DNA of 62,880 nt, filler included, from Candidatus Fermentibacterota bacterium (GCA_016928395.1; 7 parts of 7 records of this genome joined end to end with filler, not necessarily neighbours in it), one strand, 5' to 3'; numbered from the whole stretch's first letter, positions 1-10,000 are shown. Numbers and translations: made by a program. Notes: generated from the sequence alone by a model not told the origin.

Positions 1-897
1 GGCTATCTCTGCGCGGCGATTCTCCTGGGATTCGTCCCCTGGTTGACTCACTCGCTCCGGCTCCTGGTGTGGACCCGATTCCTCGGGGCAAAGGTTTCCT
101 TTCGCGATCTAATGGCAATGGTTGTGGGCACGGAGCTGGGATCGGCAGTCAGCCCGACCGCGGTGGGCGGCGGGTATGTCAAGCTGGCCATGCTCGTGCA
201 TCGGGGCATCCGACCGGGCGCGGCCGCGTCACTCATGACTTTGGGGAGTCTCGAGGATGGGATCTTCTTCGCCTTCGCACTCCCGGCCGCTCTGGCCATG
301 AGATCAACCGCGCCCCTGGGTCGAGGCTTCCATCTGGGCGATGCCCTCGAGGCCCGTGCGCGTCTTGTCGTCATGATTCTCAGTATTACCGCGGTGTTCG
401 TGGCAGGTGTCGCCGCGCGTAAGGTGACCCACTCGCTCACGCTGCGCCTCAAGGCTGCCTGGAACGACTACATAGCAGTCTACCGGCTCATTCTCCACCA
501 TGGCAAGCTGCGATTCGGCATCACCCTGATGCTCACGGGAATACAGTGGATCTGCCGCTACTCGGTGGTATCCGCGCTGCTTGCCTCCCTCGGCGTACAG
601 GTATTTCCCGTGCGGTTCTTCGCCCTGCAATGGGTGGTGTTCACTCTGGGTGTGTTCGTGCCGACCCCGGGGGCACTAGGGGGAGCTGAGGCGGCCTTCT
701 TCTTGGTCTACCGGTCATTCATACCTGAGAACATCGTCGGCATTGCCACCGCCGGTTGGCGCTTTCTGACCTTCTACCTTCAGCTCGCCGTTGGTCTTGT
801 GGTGTTCGGGGTGCTCCAGACCTCGTTTCCCGCCGGGCCGGCCTCGCCCCGCGAAATGGCATCCAGGGCGGATGGGGATCGCGCGAATAGAGCCTGA
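1..897 (+). CDS. Lysylphosphatidylglycerol synthase TM / flippase-like (UPF0104) membrane protein, 5' partial
   Basis: Frame is open from base 1. Multi-TM protein with P-T-A-V-GG, PTPGALGGAEAAF and WRFLTFYL motifs. Confidence 0.8.
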   Translation, partial: GYLCAAILLGFVPWLTHSLRLLVWTRFLGAKVSFRDLMAMVVGTELGSAVSPTAVGGGYVKLAMLVHRGIRPGAAASLMTLGSLEDGIFFAFALPAALAMRSTAPLGRGFHLGDALEARARLVVMILSITAVFVAGVAARKVTHSLTLRLKAAWNDYIAVYRLILHHGKLRFGITLMLTGIQWICRYSVVSALLASLGVQVFPVRFFALQWVVFTLGVFVPTPGALGGAEAAFFLVYRSFIPENIVGIATAGWRFLTFYLQLAVGLVVFGVLQTSFPAGPASPREMASRADGDRANRA

Positions 898-999
898 CCA
901 GCACATCTGAGAAGCCTTCGCCTCGTCTCGGCTCAGTGAGACTCAGTCACGCCACGACGTGGTGGAGATGGTCAATCCAACGCGGCGCCCCCGGTCGCC

Positions 1000-1470
1000 T
1001 CATGATCTGCATCGCGGACACTCGCGCGCGTACCACGACAACCGCGCACCGCACGCGCAGCTCCACCGGGTAGCCTGGTCGACGAGCCAGGCTTGGGTTC
1101 CCATCCGGTTCAGCGTCTCGATGTTCTCGATGGTCTTTGCGTGGTGGGGAATGCCGTCGTCCGCGAACCGCGTGATCGCAGCGCAGGGATACTCGGGGCA
1201 TTCGCCGCAGTGGGCGAGACCCTTGCCGCGGGCGCAGTCCTTGATGGCGCAGCCGTCATTCTCGTCGTCAAGCCTGCATCCTGGGCATAGTTGAAGTTCC
1301 TGCTCCTTGAGATAGTCGTACTTGGCGGGTATGTCCGCCAGATGCCGCCGGTCGTTCTGCTCTGCGGCGACCCGGAACGAACACGCCCCGCAGTAGAGCC
1401 CGCAATAGGCGAGCAACGCGAGATCGGGCACCTGGGCACTCAAGGGTGGATCGCTTTCAGGCTCACTCAT
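1000..1470 (-). CDS. DUF3795 family Cys-rich protein
   Basis: YCGLYCGAC, CPGC, CAIKDCA and HCGECPEYPC; GAGAGG RBS before ATG 1470. Confidence 0.8.
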   Translation of the reverse strand: MSEPESDPPLSAQVPDLALLAYCGLYCGACSFRVAAEQNDRRHLADIPAKYDYLKEQELQLCPGCRLDDENDGCAIKDCARGKGLAHCGECPEYPCAAITRFADDGIPHHAKTIENIETLNRMGTQAWLVDQATRWSCACGARLSWYARECPRCRS

Positions 1471-2068
1471 TGTTCGCACCTCTCGCGTATCGGGTCAGCA
1501 GGGTCTCGAAGGCCTCCCGATCCAGCAGGAATTCATAGGCCAAGAGCTCGTCGAGCGACTCGTCCTCTGCCGGGTGGTGGTCGGGACCAGGCGGGGGATA
1601 CCAGATCTGGGCGCCGGCGCTGTCCCATCCCAAAGCGATGAACACGAATTCCGACCCGGCACAAAACTCCTCTCCATACTGGGCCTCGGCTCCATCCCTG
1701 ATGCCGATGCGGAACACGGAGTAGTGCAGGCCCTCGATGGTGAGGTCACCGATGGCATCGACAAGATACCCGCTGACCGATCCCGCGATCCATCGCGCCT
1801 CGCAGATCAACGGCCGTTGGACCCCTCGATGCATCAGCGCCAACGTTGCGGAATCCGCCGCTGCGCGGGGCGAGATGAATGTACCGCTGATCTCGACGTC
1901 CTCTCCGGGAGAAGGCCACACCACCAGATTCGCCCGGGGATGGAGATACGGCTGGTCCTTCTCAGGAGCCGCAGTTGACGGGAGCGATGCCGCGGCCAAG
2001 GCGGCCATGGCCGTACCTCCGACCGCGAACGCCACCGACATGCGCACCACCCTCTCCATGACGTGCAT
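1463..2068 (-). CDS. Hypothetical exported protein
   Basis: Signal-peptide-like N-terminus, GGAGG RBS, and overlap with the next gene. Start uncertain. Confidence 0.55.
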   Translation of the reverse strand: MHVMERVVRMSVAFAVGGTAMAALAAASLPSTAAPEKDQPYLHPRANLVVWPSPGEDVEISGTFISPRAAADSATLALMHRGVQRPLICEARWIAGSVSGYLVDAIGDLTIEGLHYSVFRIGIRDGAEAQYGEEFCAGSEFVFIALGWDSAGAQIWYPPPGPDHHPAEDESLDELLAYEFLLDREAFETLLTRYARGANNE

Positions 2069-2305
2069 TCCTTTGCCCTCCAACGCATTCAAGTGAATCG
2101 AGACCGAGCCGGGCCCAGCCACGCCTGCCTCGCCCGCTCACGGGATCCGCGCATGCCCGGCTGTAGCCACGCCACTCTCTGGCGTGTTCTCCGCACGACG
2201 ACACCTCCCACGGCCGCGCCATGGCCCGTCGATGGGGTCACGGGCGTCGGGGTAGCCCGTGACGGCATCTACGCCATATAGGACTCGTCCAATAGAGGAC
2301 ATGTC

Positions 2306-3196
2306 CTATATGCTTTGTTCATCCTCCGCACCCTTCGAGGCCTCCTTGCCCGTCTTTCGCCCCCGCCTGAAGCCCCAGAAATGGGCGACATTCATCTCGT
2401 CGGGCGAGTCGCCCCCATGGGTTCCTTTCCCCGTGGCGGGATCCAACACGGCGCCGTGATCTGGCGCGAACACGACGGCGTGGGGGTGACGTCGCCACGC
2501 CCGGTGCGCCACACGGGCCATGCGACGGAATGACTCAACGTGACGCTCGGCTGCGCGGAGGGCGCGAGGGCTGAATGGGGTCGTCTCATGGAGCAGGTCA
2601 TCGTACTCCTGGTGGTAGGCTACGACCAGGTCGTGACGATCAAGCTGTAGAACGCCCAGAGTCGCCTCGGTGACCTCGGGATCGTAGTCTTCTGAGAAGT
2701 AGTCAATGGCGCGGCCACGGAAGATCAGGTCCATACTGCATCCCTCGACCGCAACGATGGCAACCCGCTTGCCCGCCCGGAGCACCACATCAAATATGGT
2801 GTCGCAGGTGAGCGCTGGCCGCTCATACCGGCGGATGCCATGTACCTCGGGTGGAGCGCCGGTGAACATGGACGCGAAGCAGACCGGCGTCTTGGAGGGG
2901 CGCATCGAACGCAGACGCACCTCCACAGGTGCAACTTTCCGGATCTGGTCGAACAGACAGCTTGCCGGCCCGGCCAGGTGGAGCCCGAAGGCATCGGGCG
3001 CGTAGATCAGGCAGCGACGGGCGTGCTCGTTTCCAAGCGCGGCTCCCGCTGCCTCAAGAAGTTTGCGGACCGGCGCGGCATGGAAGATCACGGGCGAATC
3101 AACCCCGAGGAGGGCCGCCAGGGTTGGCGCCAGTGCCGTGATGGTGCCGTCGAGGTCAGCGTTGAGACTCCCGGACGAATCGACGTCTGGGGTCAT
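2306..3196 (-). CDS. Alkaline phosphatase superfamily / nucleotide pyrophosphatase-like protein
   Basis: PDAFG, PSKTPVCFASMFTG, DDLLH, APDHG and GTHG metal-site motifs. Confidence 0.7.
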   Translation of the reverse strand: MTPDVDSSGSLNADLDGTITALAPTLAALLGVDSPVIFHAAPVRKLLEAAGAALGNEHARRCLIYAPDAFGLHLAGPASCLFDQIRKVAPVEVRLRSMRPSKTPVCFASMFTGAPPEVHGIRRYERPALTCDTIFDVVLRAGKRVAIVAVEGCSMDLIFRGRAIDYFSEDYDPEVTEATLGVLQLDRHDLVVAYHQEYDDLLHETTPFSPRALRAAERHVESFRRMARVAHRAWRRHPHAVVFAPDHGAVLDPATGKGTHGGDSPDEMNVAHFWGFRRGRKTGKEASKGAEDEQSI

Positions 3197-3718
3197 GGGG
3201 TCCTCCCGCGATGGATCCGCTGATACTGCCATTACGAGGCCGGCGGATGAGGGCCGCCGGTCGGGACGATTCGGTGCCTGTGACAGGAGTCATTTGGCAC
3301 GATGCCCCAGGCCTGTCAATGCCCGTGATCGGGGGCTTGCGGCTGAGAACCTCCAAGGGCGTGACGATCCTCGATAGCGACGAGCCCGGTCACGATTCAT
3401 TCACGGCGTGTGAGGCTTCCGTCCACATCCCAACCGACCGGGGGCAGGCATTCTCCGAATTCGGGGAGGCACGCTCCGAGAAACCACTGGACCATCTGTT
3501 CGCGTTCCCAAGCCTTCCTGCGCCTGACGAGGCGCTCATCCGCGTGTACATTGATCGGTAGTGGCATGCACTCTTGTTTGAGAGAACGCGCGCCGCACGC
3601 TCGACTCCTCGAACTCTGATAGTGCCGCCGTCAGAAGCCCTGCTGAACAGAGAAGTCAGTCAAGAGAGCGGGGCTACGGCTGGCTGAGACGACACGCAGG
3701 ATGCCGGGAGAGTGTCCG

Positions 3719-4228
3719 ATGCACGCAAGCAGCGTCGAGGCGATTGCCGATGCCCTGAGCCGTGCGAACGTACGGTATCTCGTTGTCGGTGGATTGGCGG
3801 TGGTTGCACATGGCCACCTGCGGTTCACCGCTGACATCGACATCGTCCTCGACCTAAAGAGGTCGAACGTCGAGGCCGCGATGACCGCCTTGGCCGCGCT
3901 CGGTTACCGGCCCAGGGCCCCGGTGGCCTTGGCCGAGTTCGCCGATCCTGCCATGCGCGCATCGTGGGCTCGGGAGAAAGGCCTGAGGGTCTTCTCCTTG
4001 TGGAGTGCCCTGTATCCGGCGACTGAGATCGATATCTTTGTCGAGGAGCCGTTCGACTTCACCGAGACCTACCGGAGAGCAGATCTGGTGGAGATCCTTC
4101 CGAGTCTGACCCTGCCAGTTGTGGCCATCGATGATCTTCTTGCCCTCAAGCGCGCCGCCGGCCGGCCGGTGGACTTGGAGGATGTGCGGGCGTTGGACGC
4201 TCTGCGGAGGGATCGTGGAGAGGACTGA
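3719..4228 (+). CDS. Nucleotidyltransferase-like protein (DUF6036-type)
   Basis: YLVVGGLAV..HG..RFTADID and LKRAAGRPVDLED. Confidence 0.75.
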   Translation: MHASSVEAIADALSRANVRYLVVGGLAVVAHGHLRFTADIDIVLDLKRSNVEAAMTALAALGYRPRAPVALAEFADPAMRASWAREKGLRVFSLWSALYPATEIDIFVEEPFDFTETYRRADLVEILPSLTLPVVAIDDLLALKRAAGRPVDLEDVRALDALRRDRGED

Positions 4229-4430
4229 CCCCCTGCCGCAAAGTGAACATCAATGGGAATGCGGCTTTGAAGGCCATGCCAAGGCCCAGCGTCTTCGGAT
4301 GGCAGCCCTTTCGTTCCGGCAGAAGCTGGCGTGGCTGGAGGAGATGGACAGGCTGCTCAGGCCATCGTGGCGCGGCTCTCCCTCAAGACCATCTCCCTCC
4401 AACGATGAGGAGAGATCTCCGAATAGGTAG
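4215..4430 (+). CDS. Small hypothetical partner of the nucleotidyltransferase
   Basis: GGAGG RBS then GTG 4215, overlapping the upstream stop; LSFRQKLAWLEE pattern seen in such partners. Confidence 0.55.
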   Translation: MERTDPLPQSEHQWECGFEGHAKAQRLRMAALSFRQKLAWLEEMDRLLRPSWRGSPSRPSPSNDEERSPNR

Positions 4431-4460
4431 GTTCCCGCAACGAGGGAGCACCATGTCGGC

Positions 4461-5432
4461 TTACTTCACCGCCCCCGGAGTGACGATGCGCACCAGGCCC
4501 TGATCGCCGGCCTGCCCCACCACCGTCTTCCGGCTCACCTTGGAGAGCGCTTCGTTGAGGAACTCCAGATGGAGCCTCCGCCGCGTGACCTCGGGAGCGC
4601 GCGCGTATTCGGAACGAATGGAGGCAAACCTCTCGGCGTCACCCTGGGCCCTGGTGATAATCCGTGTCTCATACGCTTCGGCATCGCGGATCAATCGATC
4701 GGCGCCCGCCTTGGCGCCGGGCATTTTCTCGTTCTGGTAGGAGAGGGCGTTGTTGATCATCTTCTCCTTGTCGATCATCGCATTAATCACGTCGTTGAAG
4801 TACTCCTGGACCCGCTCGGGCGGGCGCACCTCCTGAAGTTCAACGGCGGAGACGGTCAAGCCGGACTCCATCTCGTCGAGCCGGCGTTGAAGCTCCCGTT
4901 TGACGTCGATCTGGATCGCCGACTTGCCAATGGTGAGGATGTCATCGATGGAAAGCCGCGAGAGGCTTGCGATCAGTGCATTGCATGCGAAGCTCCGCAA
5001 TGTCCTTTCGGGCTCCTTCATGGAGAAGAGATAGCGTGCCGGGTCGCTGATGGCATACTGCAACACGCAGTTTACCGTCACGATATTGTTGTCGCCGGTG
5101 ATCAAGTATGACGACAGGCCCGTTGCTTCACGAAAGGCGGCAGCCAGTTCCCCTTGCTCGTAGAAATCATCTATGGTGATGCGCTTGACCTGGCGCACCG
5201 GGACTCGGACGACCCGATCAATGGGCCACGGGAATGCGTAGTGCATGCCGGAGGGTACGCCACTGTCAATAACCCTGCCGAATCGCATCACCACGCCCAC
5301 CTGGCTGGGATCGATCGAGTAGATCCCGGAGGCGCAGTACGCGATGACCGCTGCCACCAGCAGCCACGCGGCGAATACGCCGGTCTTGCGCGCGGATCCT
5401 CTGAGTTCAGTGCCGTATCCAGAGCTCGTCAT
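4461..5432 (-). CDS. hflK: HflK-type SPFH protein
   Basis: N-terminal TM, VVMRFG, GMHYAFPWPID, LITGDNNIV, EVRPP, AQGDAERF, APEVTRRRL. Confidence 0.85.
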   Translation of the reverse strand: MTSSGYGTELRGSARKTGVFAAWLLVAAVIAYCASGIYSIDPSQVGVVMRFGRVIDSGVPSGMHYAFPWPIDRVVRVPVRQVKRITIDDFYEQGELAAAFREATGLSSYLITGDNNIVTVNCVLQYAISDPARYLFSMKEPERTLRSFACNALIASLSRLSIDDILTIGKSAIQIDVKRELQRRLDEMESGLTVSAVELQEVRPPERVQEYFNDVINAMIDKEKMINNALSYQNEKMPGAKAGADRLIRDAEAYETRIITRAQGDAERFASIRSEYARAPEVTRRRLHLEFLNEALSKVSRKTVVGQAGDQGLVRIVTPGAVK

Positions 5433-5434
5433 GG

Positions 5435-6328
5435 CTAGTTCCGGCCTCCGCGCGGCTTGCTGGAGCCCAAGTACTTGAAGAGCTCGGACTCAGTCGAGAG
5501 GATGAGGGTCGATTTCTCCGTGAGTGCGGCCCGATACAGGTCCAATGACTTCAGGAATTCGAAGAACTCAGGGTCACGGCCATACGCCTGGGCGTAGATC
5601 CTGGCGGCCTCCTGATCCCCTCTCCCCTTGGCGATTTCGGCCTGTTTGTAGGCCTCTGCCAGGATCTGAGATACATCCTTGTCGGTGGCCGCCTCGATCC
5701 GGGCGGCGGCCTCCGTACCCTCGGCACGGTACTTACGCGCCTCCTTCTCCCGTTCGGCTCTCATCCGGTTGTACACGGCATCGGCCACGATGGCAGGGTA
5801 GCTTACCCGTCGGAACCCGATGCGCTGGGTCTCGATGCCGTACTTGTCGCGGGCATGGGGGGCCGTCGCGTGCAACACGAGGCGCTCCAGCTCCTCCAAC
5901 TTCACGCGCTTTGGGTCAGGATTCAGGATATCCTCCAACGCATAGTCGGCCAAGGAAGCACCCAGGGCAGAGACGACCATGTCGCCCAACTTCTGACGAG
6001 CAACCTCGGGCCTGGCCAGGGAGCGGAAGTAGAGGAGCGGGTCGGCAACTCGCCACGCGATGAAAGTGGTGGCGATGATGGGGTTCTTGTCGCCCAGAAG
6101 GAGCTGGATTGGCTGGGTATTGAAGACCTCGGTTCGCGCATCCATGCGATTTACGCGCTGGAGGAATCCTGGTAGTTTCCAGCGGAACCCTGGTTCGGTG
6201 ATGGTGGCCACCGGCTTCCCGAACTGCGTCAGGATGGCTGCCTCTCCGGCTTCGACCGTGAAGGTGGAGTAGCGTACTAAGAGTGCCGCGACGACGAGGG
6301 CAAGTGCGGATACTCCCCACCGTTTCAT
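5435..6328 (-). CDS. hflC: HflC-type SPFH protein
   Basis: TQFGKP, WRVADPLLYF, VYNRMRAERE, YGRDPEFFEFLKSL; ATGA overlap with the upstream gene. Confidence 0.9.
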   Translation of the reverse strand: MKRWGVSALALVVAALLVRYSTFTVEAGEAAILTQFGKPVATITEPGFRWKLPGFLQRVNRMDARTEVFNTQPIQLLLGDKNPIIATTFIAWRVADPLLYFRSLARPEVARQKLGDMVVSALGASLADYALEDILNPDPKRVKLEELERLVLHATAPHARDKYGIETQRIGFRRVSYPAIVADAVYNRMRAEREKEARKYRAEGTEAAARIEAATDKDVSQILAEAYKQAEIAKGRGDQEAARIYAQAYGRDPEFFEFLKSLDLYRAALTEKSTLILSTESELFKYLGSSKPRGGRN

Positions 6329-8106
6329 TGTTGTACCTCCCACTGGAGCGCCTGCGGCGCCGGCAGTGCCGGCATGTCGAGGAAGAGGGTCGGTGTGCGG
6401 GTCTTCGGATCCACCAGCGTGACGGCGGAGCTTCCGAAGACTTCGATGAGCGCATCCATGTAGAGCCGTGACAGCGTCACACCCCGCTCGAGTGGCTCCC
6501 TCACGCGCCTGGCCAGAAACCGCTCGGCGTCTCCCTCGGCCCGCGTAACACGTTGTGTGACATAGGCGTTGGCCTGCTCTATGGTGCGTATGGCCTCACC
6601 CCGGCGTTGGGGAATGAGCTGGTTCTGGTACCCATGGGCTTCGTTGATGCGTTGTTCTTTCTCCTGGCGAGCGGCGATCACCTGTTCGAAGGCATCGGCG
6701 ATAAAGATGGGCGGATGAATATCGCGAAAGTGGACCCCGAGAATCTCCATGCCACCAAGGAGCGAGTCAGTCTCCGCCTGCACCAGTTCCTTGATGCGGG
6801 ATTCAAGCGCCCCCCGCTCCTTGCCGACGATATCATCGAACTCGCTGCCTGCTAAGACCCGGGAGACTACGCTGTGGGCAATGCTGTCCAGCAGCTTCTC
6901 CGGTTCAGCGTGGGCCATGAGATAGTGAAAGACATCGGCGATCCGGTAGTGGAGGACGACATAGGGGAAAAAGAAGCTGTTGTCGCCAGATAGAAACGGC
7001 TGCTCGGTGCCGTGAGCCCGCGTCCACAGTAGGGCAAAGGCCCCGGGGTCAGTGACATTGCCAAGGTTTACCTGCCGGACGAGGTAGGGATCAATCTTGA
7101 CCGGCCGGTCGATAGGCCATGGCAGCTTCAGATGAAGCCCGGAATAGACCGGGCGCCCCTCGTTGAGGGGCCGCCCCAGCCGGGTGAGGATCGCCGCCTC
7201 AGAAGGCCCCACCGAGTAGACCGCGGTGGACAGGTAGATGAGGATCGCCAGGCCGATTAGGTGGAAGCGAAGAGCCGTCGCACGACGATGTCCTGAGTGC
7301 AATCGGTCAACGATCCGCCAGCCGCTGACCGATTCCAGCCATCGGGCGGCCTGGACAAGCTTCTCCCGTCGCAGTGACGAAAACACGATCTGAGCGAGGC
7401 GCATGTGGGCTATGGCATGGGTGTCGCCCCGTACCCGGGCCGTGGCGGTGGCCACCAGCGTCTCAACTCCGAAGGACAGCACGAACAGCGATATCAGAAC
7501 CGCCACCGGCCGATCAACGTCGATGCCCAAGGAGTAGAGGATCAAGGCGGCCCCGGTCATCACCGCCCCGATCATGTCGGCCTTGGAGTGCATGCCGTCA
7601 GAGATTAGCCCCACCGATCCTTCACGGGCTCCGACCGATGTCTCGAATCGATAGACGAAGTAAGAACCGACCGCGAAAAGAAAGAAGATGATGCCCGATA
7701 GCATGGGGCGCGAAATGCCCGCCTTGGGAAGCACGGCGATCTTTTGCATGACCCCAAAAGCCACGATGACCAGCAGGATGCCGATACCGAAGGCGACAAA
7801 GTGCTCAAGGCTCGTGCGCCGGAGGAACGCCTTCAGGGCGCTCGGCGTTCTCTCAAGGCTCGCCTCGGCCGTCTCCGAGTCTACCGCAGGGGGTGCAGAG
7901 GCTGGTTCCTGCCCAGAGCCGCCTGTCGAGGAGGGCCTTGTTACCGACAAGAGAACCAAGAGCGAGGTGCCCACATCGGATACCGAATGCCACGCCTCCG
8001 CCAGAATCGCCAGGCTGCCGGTCATGGCATACACAAGGAACTTGAGCAGCGAGAGCAGGAGATTGAGCCCGGTTGAGAGGATGCCGGCCTTTGTTTTTAT
8101 ATCCAT
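6325..8106 (-). CDS. Fusion of a cation diffusion facilitator TM domain and an HflK-type SPFH domain
   Basis: N-terminal half: GSLAILAEAWHSVSD and SDGMHSKAD (CDF HxxxD sites). C-terminal half: GLHLKLPWPID, FLSGD, DIHPP, AEGDAERF. Confidence 0.85.
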   Translation of the reverse strand: MDIKTKAGILSTGLNLLLSLLKFLVYAMTGSLAILAEAWHSVSDVGTSLLVLLSVTRPSSTGGSGQEPASAPPAVDSETAEASLERTPSALKAFLRRTSLEHFVAFGIGILLVIVAFGVMQKIAVLPKAGISRPMLSGIIFFLFAVGSYFVYRFETSVGAREGSVGLISDGMHSKADMIGAVMTGAALILYSLGIDVDRPVAVLISLFVLSFGVETLVATATARVRGDTHAIAHMRLAQIVFSSLRREKLVQAARWLESVSGWRIVDRLHSGHRRATALRFHLIGLAILIYLSTAVYSVGPSEAAILTRLGRPLNEGRPVYSGLHLKLPWPIDRPVKIDPYLVRQVNLGNVTDPGAFALLWTRAHGTEQPFLSGDNSFFFPYVVLHYRIADVFHYLMAHAEPEKLLDSIAHSVVSRVLAGSEFDDIVGKERGALESRIKELVQAETDSLLGGMEILGVHFRDIHPPIFIADAFEQVIAARQEKEQRINEAHGYQNQLIPQRRGEAIRTIEQANAYVTQRVTRAEGDAERFLARRVREPLERGVTLSRLYMDALIEVFGSSAVTLVDPKTRTPTLFLDMPALPAPQALQWEVQQ

Positions 8107-8245
8107 ACCATGTTCTCCCTACGCATGCAGGGGCCCCGGACGGCCCGGACTACACACGGTGTGACTCCCAGGGCTGCTGCCCGAAGTCAAAGCTCAGAGC
8201 AACGAACCTCAGGAGCCCCGCCCGCGTGCGCCGCGGATCGATTCC

Positions 8246-8274
8246 CATCTACAAGGATCACCGACCCGTGTCAA
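8246..8274 (-). promoter_or_regulatory. Candidate sigma70 promoter for the CDF-HflK operon
   Basis: Minus strand TTGACA-N17-TAGATG, about 140 nt upstream of the ATG; the -10 box is imperfect. Confidence 0.4.
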
Positions 8275-8337
8275 CCCAGCATCACCTCTCGGTGGTGTCT
8301 CCCCACTAGGGGTACCCGATCTTCGTGGCGTGGCCTC

Positions 8338-8676
8338 TCAGTGATCACACAGGTTGTCGCCCGTCTGGAGCGTGCCGTCGAGGTAGGCGGCGACCACGCG
8401 TTCGGGCGTCTCACAGGGCGCGCCGACCACCACCTCGATGCCCTGCTGGGTGAACAGGCCCTGGGCCCGGCCACCCATGCCGCCGGCGATGATCATCGTG
8501 GCGCCGCGCTCGGCAAGCCAGCGGGGCAGGAGGCCGGGTTGATGGGGAGGTGCGGGGAGGGCCTCCTGCTTCGTGACGGTCTTGGTGGCCGTGTCTACAT
8601 CAACCAGCGCGAACTGTTGGCAGTGGCCAAAGTGGGCGCATAGTCTACCTTCGGCGACGGGGATGGCGATACGCAT
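8338..8676 (-). CDS. NifB/NifX family Fe-Mo cofactor-binding protein
   Basis: MRIAIP..CAHFGHC, IIAGGMG and C-terminal NLCDH; AAGGAG RBS. Confidence 0.9.
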   Translation of the reverse strand: MRIAIPVAEGRLCAHFGHCQQFALVDVDTATKTVTKQEALPAPPHQPGLLPRWLAERGATMIIAGGMGGRAQGLFTQQGIEVVVGAPCETPERVVAAYLDGTLQTGDNLCDH

Positions 8677-8716
8677 GAACGAGCTCCTTTTCAGTGAAGT
8701 ACATGACAGACCATAC

Positions 8717-10000
8717 TCAGGTCGAGAGACGGCGGCCGATCTCATCCACGATGTGCTGCATGATCGACGCAGATGCCGAATCATGCGCTTCAATGATCGG
8801 TATGCCACTGTCGGCCAGTTCGGCGACCCGGGGGTCGATGGGGATGGAACCCAAGAAGGGGATTTGCATGTCTTTGGCGATTCGCTGCCCCGCGCCCTCC
8901 TGCAAAATGGAGGTGATCGTTCCGCAGTGGGGGCAGGCGAATGACCCCATGTTCTCCACAATCCCAAGTATTGGGGCGCCCAGTTTCCTGCAGAAGGTAA
9001 CGGACTTCCTGACGTCGATCTCGGCAACCCTCTGGGGCGTGGTCACGATGACGGCGCCGTCGACTGTGCCCAGTAGCTGGAAGACCGACAAAGGCTCGTC
9101 GCCGGTGCCGGGAGGGGAATCGATGATCAGGAAATCCAGATCTCCCCAGGCAGCGTCCTTTAGAAGCTGGCGGATGACCCCCATCTTCATCGGACCCCGC
9201 CAGATCACGGCGTCATCGGCGCTTTCGAGAAAGAACCCGAGGGAGAGTACCTTCAGGCCGTCTCGGCTGACGGGCAGAAGTTCACCATTCTGCGCATACG
9301 GTTTCTCTCCCTCCAGGCCTAGCATGGTCGGTACGCTGGGGCCGTGAAAATCCACGTCGAGTAAGCCGACGCTGTTGCCGTTCTTGGCCAATCCCACGGC
9401 GAGGTTCACCGCTACGGTGCTCTTGCCCACACCGCCCTTGCCCGAGAGCACGACGATCTTGTGTCGGATCCGGCAGAGGCGTTGCTGGAGCGCTTGCCGT
9501 TGCGCGAACTCCTCGTCGCTCTCATCCGGGCGGCGAGTCTGCGCGGAGCAGCTTCGGTCGGTACAGGAGCTGCACTGGGCTCCCGCGGCGGAGGAGGGGG
9601 GGGGCTCATGTCGCTGTGCGGCAGCCTTGGCGTAGTTCTCGCAGGCGGCGCGCAGCGTAGCGGCAGCGAGGGCCGCACAGTGACCTACTTCGTCGGGCAG
9701 ACCTCCCAAAGCCTGAATGATATCACTTTGGGTAATGGAGGCTGCATCCTCCAAGCTCTTACCCTCCGCCAAGGTGGTTGCCATGCTGCCGCAGGCCAGT
9801 GACGGGGCACATCCATCCGTCGTGAACGTTGCCCGCTCAACCACATCGTCCCGCACCATGACCCACATCTCCATGGTGTCGCCGCACTCGCCGGTGATGC
9901 GTGCGTGGCCATTGGAAAGCAAGGGTTTGCCGTAGTTGCGTGGCCGTTGGGCATGTTCGATTACTGTGGCCGTGACGTGAACGACCTCGCCGTCTTCCAT
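8717..10000 (-). CDS. mrp: NifU-N scaffold domain fused to an Mrp/NBP35 Fe-S carrier ATPase
   Basis: GECGD, DGC and HCA cysteines; SGKGGVGKS, IWRGP, DSPPGTGD, ENMG..CPHC. Alternative start 10018. Confidence 0.88.
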   Translation of the reverse strand: MEDGEVVHVTATVIEHAQRPRNYGKPLLSNGHARITGECGDTMEMWVMVRDDVVERATFTTDGCAPSLACGSMATTLAEGKSLEDAASITQSDIIQALGGLPDEVGHCAALAAATLRAACENYAKAAAQRHEPPPSSAAGAQCSSCTDRSCSAQTRRPDESDEEFAQRQALQQRLCRIRHKIVVLSGKGGVGKSTVAVNLAVGLAKNGNSVGLLDVDFHGPSVPTMLGLEGEKPYAQNGELLPVSRDGLKVLSLGFFLESADDAVIWRGPMKMGVIRQLLKDAAWGDLDFLIIDSPPGTGDEPLSVFQLLGTVDGAVIVTTPQRVAEIDVRKSVTFCRKLGAPILGIVENMGSFACPHCGTITSILQEGAGQRIAKDMQIPFLGSIPIDPRVAELADSGIPIIEAHDSASASIMQHIVDEIGRRLST

